Part shown: piece after piece, positions 24,944 through 34,314 of the stretch
Numbering within the stretch: the first letter of the stretch is position 1
How the letters are laid out: the number at the start of each line of letters is the position of its first letter
Sequence record: LT907986.1
DNA length: 58,998 nucleotides
Source: Escherichia phage vB_Eco_SLUR25
Strand: one strand, 5' to 3'
Translations under genes and position numbers: made by a program
Notes under the pieces: model-generated
What the model was told of the DNA's origin: nothing
Database searches by the model: none
Seen by the model: the letters and a program-made list of their open reading frames with translations, nothing else

Positions 24944-25483
24944 ATGAGCTGTCAAAAATGTAACGGAACGGGAATGGTTGATAGTGGTGGAGTTCAACCG
25001 TGGGGTGATCCTATTCTGGTGGAGTGCGATTGTTTATATCGTGAGCGCGATGCTTGGGAGCTGGATCAAGCTGGAGGTTATTACTCCCGCCATGTTATGG
25101 CAATGACATCCGAAGGTTTGCACAGCAAAGGTGATATTGCTGCGGAGCTAGGCTATCGTGACATGCGCATTGACCAGCTAGAAGCTGAATGGCGTGCTCA
25201 GGAAGAACGTGCAGAAAATGCTGAGACGGATCTTGTCGACATGCGTGCTGCTGAGCACGCTCTATCCGATTCTTATATTCGTTTGCGTCAAATTGTTGGT
25301 GCAATGAATCCGCCTGGTGTGAGCAGCGAAGAGGTGTGGGCGCATACCGAGAAGAAGGCTCAAGAGTTGCGTGATCGCTGCGAAGCTCTGGAAGCTGTAG
25401 CAAAGGACTTCCTGCGTCGTAATAAATATGGTCCTTTGTTCTATCGTGATCTGTATAACCGTTTTAAGGAGATTGTAAAATGA
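24944..25483 (+). CDS. hypothetical protein with N-terminal Cys4 zinc-ribbon-like motif
   Basis: ATG 24944 with GGTGGAG RBS; CQKCNGTG ... ECDC. Confidence 0.5.
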   Translation: MSCQKCNGTGMVDSGGVQPWGDPILVECDCLYRERDAWELDQAGGYYSRHVMAMTSEGLHSKGDIAAELGYRDMRIDQLEAEWRAQEERAENAETDLVDMRAAEHALSDSYIRLRQIVGAMNPPGVSSEEVWAHTEKKAQELRDRCEALEAVAKDFLRRNKYGPLFYRDLYNRFKEIVK

Positions 25484-25749
25484 TTACTGCTCAAGAAGCT
25501 CGTGAATTAAGCGATAAGCTGGATATTAGCGAAGATATTGAATTTATCAGTGACAGCATTCGCGTAGCTGCTACAAAGGGATACAATAAAGTATCACTGG
25601 TAACCAAATACGGCGCTGTTGGCAATCCTGACACTCAAGACCCGACCACTATGAAGATTGCTAAATGGTTAGCTGATTCTGGTTTTACGGTGTTATATTA
25701 TCCTTCAATGGACCAACGTGATAACGAGCGTACTGAGGTGGCATGGTGA
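25480..25749 (+). CDS. hypothetical protein
   Basis: 89 aa ORF overlapping upstream stop. Confidence 0.5.
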   Translation: MITAQEARELSDKLDISEDIEFISDSIRVAATKGYNKVSLVTKYGAVGNPDTQDPTTMKIAKWLADSGFTVLYYPSMDQRDNERTEVAW

Positions 25750-25816
25750 TTGAAGAAAATATCAAATATTGGAAAGGCTTTATTGACGAAATGTTGAAAC
25801 CGTTGGAGAAGAAATA

Positions 25817-26209
25817 ATGCTATTAGTCGTCACCGGAGGTCGAAATTTTAAGCATGTGGAGTATATTTATGCTCAATTGGATAAGCTGCATATGCAAAGA
25901 AGGATAACCACACTTCGCCACGGTGACGCTGACGGTGTTGACCGCATTTGCGCACAGTGGGCAGAGCGCAACGGTATTAAGACAGAAGCGTTCCCTGCCC
26001 CGTGGGACAATCTTTCCTTACCAAATACCAAGATACGGTATAACGCCAAAGGTGCTTATAACGCACAAGCAGGCGCTTATCGCAATCAATTAATGCTGGA
26101 TACCGATCCTAAACCGGATCACGCTATTGTGTTTCCTGGCGGAGCTGGTACTATGGATATGTACAGACGGATTAAAGCATCCGGTATTCCTTACACATTA
26201 GCGGAGTAA
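25817..26209 (+). CDS. SLOG/DUF2493-like (Rossmann-like ligand-binding) protein
   Basis: LLVVTGGRNF ... HGDADGVDRICAQWAERNG ... FPGGAGTMDM resembles recalled DUF2493/YspA pattern. Confidence 0.4.
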   Translation: MLLVVTGGRNFKHVEYIYAQLDKLHMQRRITTLRHGDADGVDRICAQWAERNGIKTEAFPAPWDNLSLPNTKIRYNAKGAYNAQAGAYRNQLMLDTDPKPDHAIVFPGGAGTMDMYRRIKASGIPYTLAE

Positions 26210-26212
26210 ATA

Positions 26213-26683
26213 ATGGCTGACGTTAAAACTATTGTTGATGCAATGGACGAATCCAAAGACTGCCAACTGAAGAAGTCATTTGAAGTAAAACAGGTTACAG
26301 AGACTCAGTTGGTTTGTAATTTTGCGCGTTATTGTGGACTGGGGCGCGGGAAAGACTGGAACGGGCTTATTGTTATGCCCACATCACAGATTCTCGTTTA
26401 CGTCCGCAACGTTGTAGAAGATGTTCTGCGTCTTCAGGTTGAAATTGGTGACGTAGAAATTAACATGACCGCGAGTTCTACCATTGTGGTTAAATGGCAG
26501 TCGGGCGAGACACTGCGTTTGGAAGCGTGTCATTGTGCTAAGAGCTTGCACCACCTGCGCGGCTGTCATTACCAGTTCGTTGGGTTTGTACATCCGCAAG
26601 GGTTAAGCGAGCGTACGGCGCTGGTAGCGCGTTTGCTGCTGCGTCCTTATAATAACGAGCCGGAAGTTATATACGAGGCATAA
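26213..26683 (+). CDS. hypothetical protein
   Basis: 156 aa ORF. Confidence 0.5.
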   Translation: MADVKTIVDAMDESKDCQLKKSFEVKQVTETQLVCNFARYCGLGRGKDWNGLIVMPTSQILVYVRNVVEDVLRLQVEIGDVEINMTASSTIVVKWQSGETLRLEACHCAKSLHHLRGCHYQFVGFVHPQGLSERTALVARLLLRPYNNEPEVIYEA

Positions 26684-26684
26684 A

Positions 26685-27110
26685 ATGTCAGTAAATTTTG
26701 TCAAACAGCCAACTTTAAATACATGCGTTTCTGCGTGTTTGGCAATGATCCTTAATAAACCTGTTGAGAAGGTTATTGAGGAATTTCATAGTCGTTATTA
26801 TAACAACTGGGAAATCACTATCAGCGAATATTTGACTAAAAACGGCGTCCAGCATCATTGTTCAGAAGGTGGTGGACGTGAAACTTTGCATATGGGAGGT
26901 TTGTTCCTGTGCACGGTGCCAAGTCTTAATATTCCTGGCGCATTGCACCAGATTGTGATTGATATGACGGATCACAAGTTTATTGTGCATGATCCAATTA
27001 AAGGATGGGAAGGTAAAAAGTTCTATGTTGGTCCGGATCAAGATCCTGAAGAGCCTGGAGCTTTTATCATTCATACTTGGGTCAAAGACGTTGAAATCCT
27101 GCCTTATTAA
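26685..27110 (+). CDS. papain-like cysteine peptidase (C39-like)
   Basis: N-terminal Q-x5-C in KQPTLNTCVSACLAMIL and downstream His/Asp (FIVHDP), as in C39 peptidases. Confidence 0.45.
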   Translation: MSVNFVKQPTLNTCVSACLAMILNKPVEKVIEEFHSRYYNNWEITISEYLTKNGVQHHCSEGGGRETLHMGGLFLCTVPSLNIPGALHQIVIDMTDHKFIVHDPIKGWEGKKFYVGPDQDPEEPGAFIIHTWVKDVEILPY

Positions 27111-27172
27111 TTTTCTTGCTATCACATAACCCTTCATTGTATTGTGTACCCATCGAATAAGAGGGGTACACA

Positions 27173-27358
27173 ATGACCAAACTATACGCCGGATTGTTTT
27201 TATTTGCGACGTTAATGTTCGCTGGGCTTTATACCTATACAGTAGTCGAACAACCTTCCACGGTTATCCGAATCTTTGCAAGTATAGGGCTTTGCATCTG
27301 TCTTATTCTATTTGTTTTATGCATTGTTATTATCCAAGACCAAAGGAAAATTAAATGA
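27173..27358 (+). CDS. small two-helix membrane protein
   Basis: 61 aa, two hydrophobic segments. Confidence 0.45.
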   Translation: MTKLYAGLFLFATLMFAGLYTYTVVEQPSTVIRIFASIGLCICLILFVLCIVIIQDQRKIK

Positions 27359-27819
27359 CCACAATTGCGTTTGATGGAAAAGTATTAGCCGCGGACCGTG
27401 GAGTTATGCGCGGGGAAGCCGTGACTGCTTATAAGAAAGTTCATAGCGTGAATGGACATCGTGGACGGTTTTTACTGGGCTTGTGCGGCCTTACAGCATT
27501 TACCGATCAGGTGTTGCGTTATTTTAATAGCGCGGAACCTGTTAAGTTCCCTGATATTAAACTTTACAGCAAAGATGATGATTACGGGCAAACTTGCGGT
27601 CTTGCTGTCACTCCGGAAGGTACTTGCCATTTTATTTATAATGATGGTACTTTGAGCGAGCCCATGCTGGATGGATGGGGGTCTGAGGGTAGCGGTTGTG
27701 TGTTTGCTGCTGGCGCGTTAGCTGCTGGTGCAAGTGCGAGCGAAGCTATTGAGTTGGCAATTAAACACACCACATGCGCATTCCTGGGAGTTGATACAAT
27801 ATCATTTGAGGGTTTTTAA
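27355..27819 (+). CDS. Ntn-hydrolase of the HslV/proteasome beta-subunit type
   Basis: N-terminus MTTIAFDGKVLAADRG (Thr after initiator Met), internal KKV, C-terminal GSEGSG...AAGA...EAIELA resembling recalled HslV. Confidence 0.45.
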   Translation: MTTIAFDGKVLAADRGVMRGEAVTAYKKVHSVNGHRGRFLLGLCGLTAFTDQVLRYFNSAEPVKFPDIKLYSKDDDYGQTCGLAVTPEGTCHFIYNDGTLSEPMLDGWGSEGSGCVFAAGALAAGASASEAIELAIKHTTCAFLGVDTISFEGF

Positions 27820-28080
27820 ATGACTACATTCAGTCACCTGATCCCACCTGCTTATCATAGTAAGGTAGTTGACCACGGGACGCATGTTGTAATTGGTGGC
27901 GAAATCTTTATCACAGATAACGAGGAAATCGCCATTGCAATTATTGACAGCACTCAGCATGACTTTATGGTTATCCTGCAACACGAACCAGATAACTTCA
28001 CTTTTTACTCCAGCTACGGGGTCGATAAAGGTGGAAAAAGCCTTGTTAGCTGGTACATTAGCGAGTGGTTTGACGGGTAA
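27820..28080 (+). CDS. hypothetical protein
   Basis: 86 aa ORF. Confidence 0.45.
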   Translation: MTTFSHLIPPAYHSKVVDHGTHVVIGGEIFITDNEEIAIAIIDSTQHDFMVILQHEPDNFTFYSSYGVDKGGKSLVSWYISEWFDG

Positions 28081-28161
28081 TCTCCTTAGATCAATTCTCC
28101 TTGCGCCGTATCAAGTTTCTCTGTTACCCTTGAGTGGTTCATGTCAAGCGGAGGAACTCGA

Positions 28162-28600
28162 TATGGCACTTCAACCTCGTGGTATTCGTAATAACAATCC
28201 AGGCAATATTCGCTGGGGTGATAATTGGCAGGGCTTAGTTCCTGCTGATAAGCGAACCGATAAATCTTTTGCTCAATTCACGCAACCGATTTACGGCATT
28301 CGTGCGCTAGCGAAAATCCTGACAAACTACACCAAACGTGAAGGCTTACCCAATGTGGGTAAGAAAAACATCGACACTGTACGTGAAATTATCGCTCGCT
28401 GGGCACCGCCTAACGAAAACGATACGGAAGCGTATATTCGCTCTGTTGCCAAAGCAATTGGTGTTCAACCTAACGATCCAATTAATGTCTTCGACAAGGC
28501 AATTATGTCAGGATTGGTGAAAGCAATCATTCGTCATGAAAATGGCATGATGCCCTATACCGACGACGTAATTAACCGCGCTATTGCAATGGTACTTTAA
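28162..28600 (+). CDS. putative endolysin (peptidoglycan hydrolase, class not determined)
   Basis: ATG 28162 with GGAGGA RBS; 146 aa; immediately upstream of holin and spanins; motif RNNNPGNIR. Confidence 0.45.
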
Positions 28601-28603
28601 CTG

Positions 28604-28626
28604 ACGGGGCGTTAGCCCCTTTTATT
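28604..28626 (+). terminator. terminator-like hairpin between endolysin and holin
   Basis: GGGGC-GTTA-GCCCC followed by TTTTATTT. Confidence 0.4.
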
Positions 28627-28636
28627 TGGAGGGAAC

Positions 28637-28981
28637 ATGTTCAATTCACCCAACGAACATTGGGCAGTTCTAGCGGGGTTTGCGTTTATCTCCCTCATTG
28701 GGGGAGCTCTCGGTTATGTCATGCGTACAATAGACGCTGGTAAGAAAGTACGGGCAAGCATTGCGTTTCTTGAAGGCTTATCCGCCGCTTTCTTTGGCGT
28801 TATAATGTATGCGATCTACAGGGAGTTTAACATCAGCCTTTGGTTCGCTTTTGGCCTTGCTGGCCTATTTGCTTGGGCAGGTTCACGTGCTACGCTAAAA
28901 GCCCTAACGTCGCTTATAGCTTCACGGACAGGGATCAAACTCGATTCAGGGGACTGCAAACATGAAAACAATTCTAAATAA
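28637..28981 (+). CDS. holin (multi-TM membrane protein)
   Basis: 114 aa, three hydrophobic helices, charged C-terminus; position in lysis cassette. Confidence 0.45.
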   Translation: MFNSPNEHWAVLAGFAFISLIGGALGYVMRTIDAGKKVRASIAFLEGLSAAFFGVIMYAIYREFNISLWFAFGLAGLFAWAGSRATLKALTSLIASRTGIKLDSGDCKHENNSK

Positions 28982-29438
28982 CTTCTTCAGTTTTATAAAA
29001 ACTAAACCGCGTCTGTTTATCGAGTATTTGATGATCGGTGCGGTTGTGTTTTTATGCGGGGTGGCTGCATACTTGTGGTCACAGAACGAGCTCAGCAAAA
29101 CTAATTTAAATCATGCTGAGCAAAGACTAACCGTTGTAGAACGGGACAATGCAAAGCTGGGCGAAGCTGTTGTATTTCTTGCATCCCAACGGGAGAAGGA
29201 TACTGAATCCTATCGAAAATTGGCTTCAGCAATTGAAAGTGAGCAACATAACCACAGGTTGCTTCAGGACAAATTAAAAGCACTGGAGAAAAGCAATGCC
29301 GACGTCAAAGCTTATCTTAATGAGCGTGTTCCTGATGATTTGCGCAGGCTGCTCGACGGAGATACAACCTCCACCACCGCCGCAGATAGTGAAGATAAAA
29401 CTTCCGGCCCATCTGTTGGTAGAATGTCGGGAAGTTGA
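28962..29438 (+). CDS. i-spanin (Rz-like inner-membrane spanin)
   Basis: N-terminal TM helix followed by coiled-coil-like periplasmic region; o-spanin embedded out of frame. Confidence 0.5.
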   Translation: MKTILNNFFSFIKTKPRLFIEYLMIGAVVFLCGVAAYLWSQNELSKTNLNHAEQRLTVVERDNAKLGEAVVFLASQREKDTESYRKLASAIESEQHNHRLLQDKLKALEKSNADVKAYLNERVPDDLRRLLDGDTTSTTAADSEDKTSGPSVGRMSGS

Positions 29439-29601
29439 TAAATATCCTTTGGTTTATACAAGGGACATTATCCAACGTTTGCAGGATACAGAAACAGCTC
29501 TGACTGAATGTAAACTGAGGGTTAAGGAAATCATACGCTATGAAGCTGAAAATGTTTCGCTTGATTTTGTAGGATCAAGCAATTATATTCAGCCTAAATA
29601 G
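29296..29601 (+). CDS. o-spanin (Rz1-like outer-membrane lipoprotein), embedded in i-spanin gene
   Basis: Signal peptide with lipobox ICAGC followed by Pro-rich segment PPPPPQ; out-of-frame overlap with 28962..29438. Confidence 0.55.
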   Translation: MPTSKLILMSVFLMICAGCSTEIQPPPPPQIVKIKLPAHLLVECREVDKYPLVYTRDIIQRLQDTETALTECKLRVKEIIRYEAENVSLDFVGSSNYIQPK

Positions 29602-29621
29602 CAATAAGAAAGGGGGCTTCC

Positions 29622-30179
29622 ATGAACGGGGCAAGTCAAGAGCAATATGATCGTGACTGGACGAATTACATCCAGTATGCAAATAGCTTGTCCGCTGAAG
29701 AGATGGCAATACGTGACAAAGTTGTTGCTGAGTACATGTTCGACTACAATTGGACTAACGCTTGCATGAGATGCGGGTTCAATGCTATGTTTGCACAGGA
29801 GCTTGGCCAACGCTTTGCCACGGACTGTTATGTTCGATGGAAGCTCAAGGAGATTGAAAGATCCCGTGTTCAACGTACTTCTGAGCAAGCTAACATTGAA
29901 GCAGACCTTGAGCGTCAGCATATCATTGAAGCATTAAAACGTGAAGCTCATTATACAGGACCGGGATCTTCTCAAGCTGCTAGAGTCGCCGCATTGGGCA
30001 AGCTTGCACAAATTTATGATTTGGATGCTCCCAAGAAGGCTAAGATTGATGTTACTAACAGAGGCGGCGTAATGATAGTCCCTGCTGTAGCAAATATTGA
30101 CGAATGGGAAAAAACTGCATCCGAGTCTCAACAACGACTAGTTAAAGAGACTGAAGATGGAGCTAAACCGACAACCTGA
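29622..30179 (+). CDS. terminase small subunit
   Basis: 185 aa ORF immediately upstream of and overlapping large terminase; RBS AGGGGG. Confidence 0.5.
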   Translation: MNGASQEQYDRDWTNYIQYANSLSAEEMAIRDKVVAEYMFDYNWTNACMRCGFNAMFAQELGQRFATDCYVRWKLKEIERSRVQRTSEQANIEADLERQHIIEALKREAHYTGPGSSQAARVAALGKLAQIYDLDAPKKAKIDVTNRGGVMIVPAVANIDEWEKTASESQQRLVKETEDGAKPTT

Positions 30180-31716
30180 TAACATGCCGCGAGTCGTCTG
30201 GAAACCACATCCAGGTTCACAGACACTCGCTCTATCCTGCCCCGCTGATATTATCCTATACCACGGAACTCGCGGTCCTGGAAAAACGGACTGCCAGCTT
30301 ATGCGTTTCCGTAAGAATGTTGGTGTAGGGTACGGTAAATTTTGGAAGGGTATTATATTCGACCGTGAATATAAAAACCTTGATGACCTTGTAACTAAAT
30401 CCCAGCGTTGGTTTCCTGAATTTAAAGACGGGGCTAAATTCCTTAGCTCTAAGTCTGATTATAAATGGGTTTGGCCTACAGGTGAAGAGCTACTGTTCCG
30501 CGTTGCTTGTAAAGAAAAGGATTACTGGTCTTATCACGGTCACGAATACCCATTTATCGGATGGAACGAATTAACAAAATATCCGGACGGGCGTTTGTTT
30601 GAAGCTATGATGTCCTGTAACCGTTCATCTTTCTTACCAGAAGATAACCCAATTATTAATCCAGATGGTACGGTCACATATTTACCGGATATCCCTCTTG
30701 AAGTGTTTGCTACCAGTAACCCGTTTGGTGCGGGGCATAACTGGGTTAAGAAACGCTTCATTGACGCTGCACCGATGGGTAAAATACTCAGGAAGACTAC
30801 GCGAGTGTTTAACCCGAGGACGCAGAAAGACGAAGATGTGGTTACGACGCAATGCCATATCTTTGGTTCGTACCGTGAAAACAAAAACCTAAGTCCAAAA
30901 TATATTGCAGAACTTATGTCTATCACAGACCCGAACAAGCGTGCTGCATGGTTGGGCGGGAGCTGGGATATTACATCCGGTGGTATGTTCGATGATCTGT
31001 GGCGTAGCACTGTTCACAAAGTACGACCATTCCCGATTCCAGCGAGTTGGAAGATTACACGTTCTTTCGACTGGGGTTCTTCAAAACCGTTCTCTGTCGG
31101 TTGGTGGGCTATTAGTGATGGTTCGGATGTTGTGCGTGAAGATGGCACTACATTCTCCACGGTCCGCGGTGACCTGTTTAGGATTAACGAATGGTATGGG
31201 ACCAACGGTAAAACAAACGAAGGTCTACATTTGCTGGACTCAGAAATTGCAAGCGGTATACTGGAGCGGGAATTGGCCTGGGGTATACACGATCGTGTAG
31301 TTCCTGGTCCTGCGGATAACTCCATTTGGGATCTGGAGAACAATAACTCCACCGCTGCAACAATGGCGAAGAAAATTCGTCTTAACGGGAAGTTATACGA
31401 CGGTATACATTGGAAGCGCAGTGATAAGTCTGCTGGGTCACGTAAACGGGGCTGGCAGAAAATGCGTGAGTTCCTTAAAGCTGCACTGCGGGAAGATGCG
31501 AACGGTAAACCTTTGCCCGGTCCGCGCGAGAATCCAGCAATGTACATTTTTGATAACTGCAACTATTTCTTTGAGCTGGTTCCAAGTCTACCTCGCGATG
31601 AAGTAGATCAGGACGACGTTGATACGGAATGTGAAGACCATATGGGTGATGAAGTTCGTTATATGGTTCTGGATCAAGCTGTTTATACAGGTGTTGGCAA
31701 AACTATCGGTATTTAA
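30157..31716 (+). CDS. terminase large subunit
   Basis: Walker A GTRGPGKT near N-terminus; ~520 aa; acidic C-terminal nuclease-like region; start could alternatively be 30184. Confidence 0.85.
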   Translation: MELNRQPDNMPRVVWKPHPGSQTLALSCPADIILYHGTRGPGKTDCQLMRFRKNVGVGYGKFWKGIIFDREYKNLDDLVTKSQRWFPEFKDGAKFLSSKSDYKWVWPTGEELLFRVACKEKDYWSYHGHEYPFIGWNELTKYPDGRLFEAMMSCNRSSFLPEDNPIINPDGTVTYLPDIPLEVFATSNPFGAGHNWVKKRFIDAAPMGKILRKTTRVFNPRTQKDEDVVTTQCHIFGSYRENKNLSPKYIAELMSITDPNKRAAWLGGSWDITSGGMFDDLWRSTVHKVRPFPIPASWKITRSFDWGSSKPFSVGWWAISDGSDVVREDGTTFSTVRGDLFRINEWYGTNGKTNEGLHLLDSEIASGILERELAWGIHDRVVPGPADNSIWDLENNNSTAATMAKKIRLNGKLYDGIHWKRSDKSAGSRKRGWQKMREFLKAALREDANGKPLPGPRENPAMYIFDNCNYFFELVPSLPRDEVDQDDVDTECEDHMGDEVRYMVLDQAVYTGVGKTIGI

Positions 31717-31727
31717 CTGGAGGGTAT

Positions 31728-33224
31728 ATGGGTATTGATGCAACTCACCCGCTATATGACAAGTGGAAGGACGCATGGGTTAAGTGCAACGACTGCTATG
31801 AGGGTGAAGATAAAATTAAAGAAGAAGGTGTTAAATATCTACCACCTTTAGCTTCCATGATTATTGATGGGATGAATAATCCTAATGATTTGGGCTTTCA
31901 ACGTTGGCTCGCTTATCGTCTGCGTGCTAACTTCCCTGACGATTATTCAAGTGCGGTTACAAACAATTTAGGTCTGCTACACCAGAAGCCTCCTACAATC
32001 CAGCTCCCACCTGAAATGGAATACATGCGGGAGCTGTGTACTGCGGACGGTGAAGACATTATTGCTCTGCTACGTCGCATCAATGAAATGCAGTTAAAAA
32101 ATGGACGTTTGGGCCTGCTGCTGGACTTGCCGAAAGGTGAGGATGTAAATAACAGACCTTATATTAGCGTTTATGATGCTTTATCCATTATCAACTGGGA
32201 TGATGGTAAAGATGAATTGGGCAATATCAACTTGAACATGGTTGTTCTGGATGAAAGCGGTCCTGTGCGTGTCAATCAGTTTGACTGGAAAGAAGAGAAG
32301 CGTTATCGCGTTCTACAATTAGGTCCAATGGACACAGATGAAGTAGCAGGTGGAGCGGTCTACTCCCAACATCTGTTTATTAACAATACCAATTATGATG
32401 AAGGGCAAATGATTGCTCCTTATTATAAAGGTAATACGCTGGATGAAATTCCTTTCCAGTTTGTCAATACAACAGATATTACCCCAGCACCGGAAGCGCC
32501 GCCATTGTTGGGTCTTGCTAACATTTGTCTAAGCATGTACCGAAGTGACGCGGATTACCGCCAATGCTTGCATATGCAGGGTCAGGATACTTTAGTTGTT
32601 GTTGGTGGTTCCATGGAAAATGGAGATAAAGCCCCTCAGCGTATTGGTCCTGGTGCAGTCATTAACGTTTCTCAGGGAGGTGACGCTAAATATGTAGGTG
32701 TTAGCGGTGACGGTTTGTCCGAGCAACGTCTCGCACTGGCAGCGGATAAGCAGGAAGCCCAAATTAAAGCCGGGCAAATGGTAAACAATACCAAGAGTAC
32801 GCAGGAATCGGGTGAAGCCATGAAAACGCGTATTGCTGCGCGTACAGCTAGTCTGATTCGAATTGCGTATACTGGTGCGGCTGGTTTGGAAAACTTGCTG
32901 AAGGTTTGCGCTAAGTGGATGGGTGCTGATCCCGAGAAAGTTGTGGTTAAGCCTAATCTTGAATTTACCAAGAGCATGTTTAACGGTCAGGACTTTGTTC
33001 AAATTATTACTGCACGCAACCTTAAGGCTCCGATTAGCTTGCAGTCTATTCATGGCTGGCTTGTTGATCAGGGCTTGACCACACTAAGCTTTGAAGAAGA
33101 AATGGCAATTCTTGAAGAAGAGCTTAAGAAGTGGCCTCTGCCTGATGATGCTAAAGCTGATTTAAACGCAGAGCAGCAAGTAAGCAAAGATCCTAAGGAA
33201 GACAACGCTTCCGATAAAGAATAG
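31728..33224 (+). CDS. portal protein
   Basis: 498 aa ORF directly after terminase large subunit; acidic C-terminus. Confidence 0.6.
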   Translation: MGIDATHPLYDKWKDAWVKCNDCYEGEDKIKEEGVKYLPPLASMIIDGMNNPNDLGFQRWLAYRLRANFPDDYSSAVTNNLGLLHQKPPTIQLPPEMEYMRELCTADGEDIIALLRRINEMQLKNGRLGLLLDLPKGEDVNNRPYISVYDALSIINWDDGKDELGNINLNMVVLDESGPVRVNQFDWKEEKRYRVLQLGPMDTDEVAGGAVYSQHLFINNTNYDEGQMIAPYYKGNTLDEIPFQFVNTTDITPAPEAPPLLGLANICLSMYRSDADYRQCLHMQGQDTLVVVGGSMENGDKAPQRIGPGAVINVSQGGDAKYVGVSGDGLSEQRLALAADKQEAQIKAGQMVNNTKSTQESGEAMKTRIAARTASLIRIAYTGAAGLENLLKVCAKWMGADPEKVVVKPNLEFTKSMFNGQDFVQIITARNLKAPISLQSIHGWLVDQGLTTLSFEEEMAILEEELKKWPLPDDAKADLNAEQQVSKDPKEDNASDKE

Positions 33225-33319
33225 TTGCAACTTCCAAGTTGATTGGTTTATATTAACGAACACGGGGCTGGGACGGCTCAGCTCCAAAAACGTCACACGG
33301 GTGACAACGGAGATAAGAA

Positions 33320-34192
33320 ATGAAAAAGAGTTCTGTAGCTATTAGTGTTGGTATGGCTTTAATTAATCCACGCGCTCGCGGTGAAGGTGATGTGGAACTG
33401 GAATACGAATATGCATCTGCGGAAGAGATCCCGGCAGAGTTTGCAACTCTTTACGCAGAGCAGGGCGGTAAATACGTTCTTGCAAAAGTTAAAGGTGTAG
33501 CCCCTGCTGATAGCGTTCGTCGTCTGGAAAGTGCGTTAGCTAAAGAACGTAACGACCATCGTCAGGTGAAGCAACAGATTAGCGCACTTGGGCGTCCGGT
33601 TGAAGAAGTCCTTGCGGACCTTGATCGTATTCCTCAACTGGAAGCTGCCGCTAACGGTAAAGGTACTCCGGAAGACATCGAAAAGATGGTTAAAGCCCGT
33701 CTTGCTCCGCTCGAGCGTCAATTGCAAACTGTAGCAGCTGAACGCGATTCCGTTAAGCAGGAAATTGAAGGCTACCGCACTCGCGAAACTAAAGCGAAAA
33801 TTAAAGACGCAGTTATTGCCGCTGCATCCGGTGCTAAGCTGCGTCCGTCTGCTATCGAAGATGCGGTGACTTATGCACAGTTGCAAATGACCGTCGACGA
33901 GAACGGCAATGTGGTTACGAAAGATGGGGCGGGTGTAACTCCATACCTAACCCCGGCGGATTGGCTTAACGAGATCCTCCCGAAACGTCCTCACTGGGTT
34001 GAAGGATCTGCTGGTGGTGGTGCATCTGGTCCGGGCGCTGGCGGACATCACGGCGAAGACCCTTACAGTCACGACGGTTGGAACATCTCTAAACAGATGA
34101 ATCTCTGGAAAACTAATCAATCTTTAGCTAAACGCTTAGCTGAAAAGAATGGCGTAGACCCGCTGAAGCCTGTACGTCCTGCTAAGAAATAA
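33320..34192 (+). CDS. putative scaffolding protein
   Basis: 290 aa, alpha-helical/coiled-coil-like charged protein between portal and major capsid genes. Confidence 0.45.
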   Translation: MKKSSVAISVGMALINPRARGEGDVELEYEYASAEEIPAEFATLYAEQGGKYVLAKVKGVAPADSVRRLESALAKERNDHRQVKQQISALGRPVEEVLADLDRIPQLEAAANGKGTPEDIEKMVKARLAPLERQLQTVAAERDSVKQEIEGYRTRETKAKIKDAVIAAASGAKLRPSAIEDAVTYAQLQMTVDENGNVVTKDGAGVTPYLTPADWLNEILPKRPHWVEGSAGGGASGPGAGGHHGEDPYSHDGWNISKQMNLWKTNQSLAKRLAEKNGVDPLKPVRPAKK

Positions 34193-34314
34193 GTTGACAT
34201 CCCGACGTCCCTGATGTTAAGTTTCAACACATCAGGGACACGGGTTCCTAAACAGCCTTCCACGGGGAAAGGCTACCAACAGTAAACAAATCAATCCTTT
34301 TCCTGGAGACAAGT

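Noticed and set aside
27893-28161. N-terminal 90-codon extension of the endolysin ORF (track start 27893)
   Set aside because: It overlaps the preceding gene in another frame and lacks an RBS; ATG at 28162 has a GGAGGA RBS and gives a compact protein
31014-33053. Minus-strand ORFs within terminase and portal genes (31014..31562, 32592..33053 and others)
   Set aside because: Fully contained antisense in well-supported plus-strand genes
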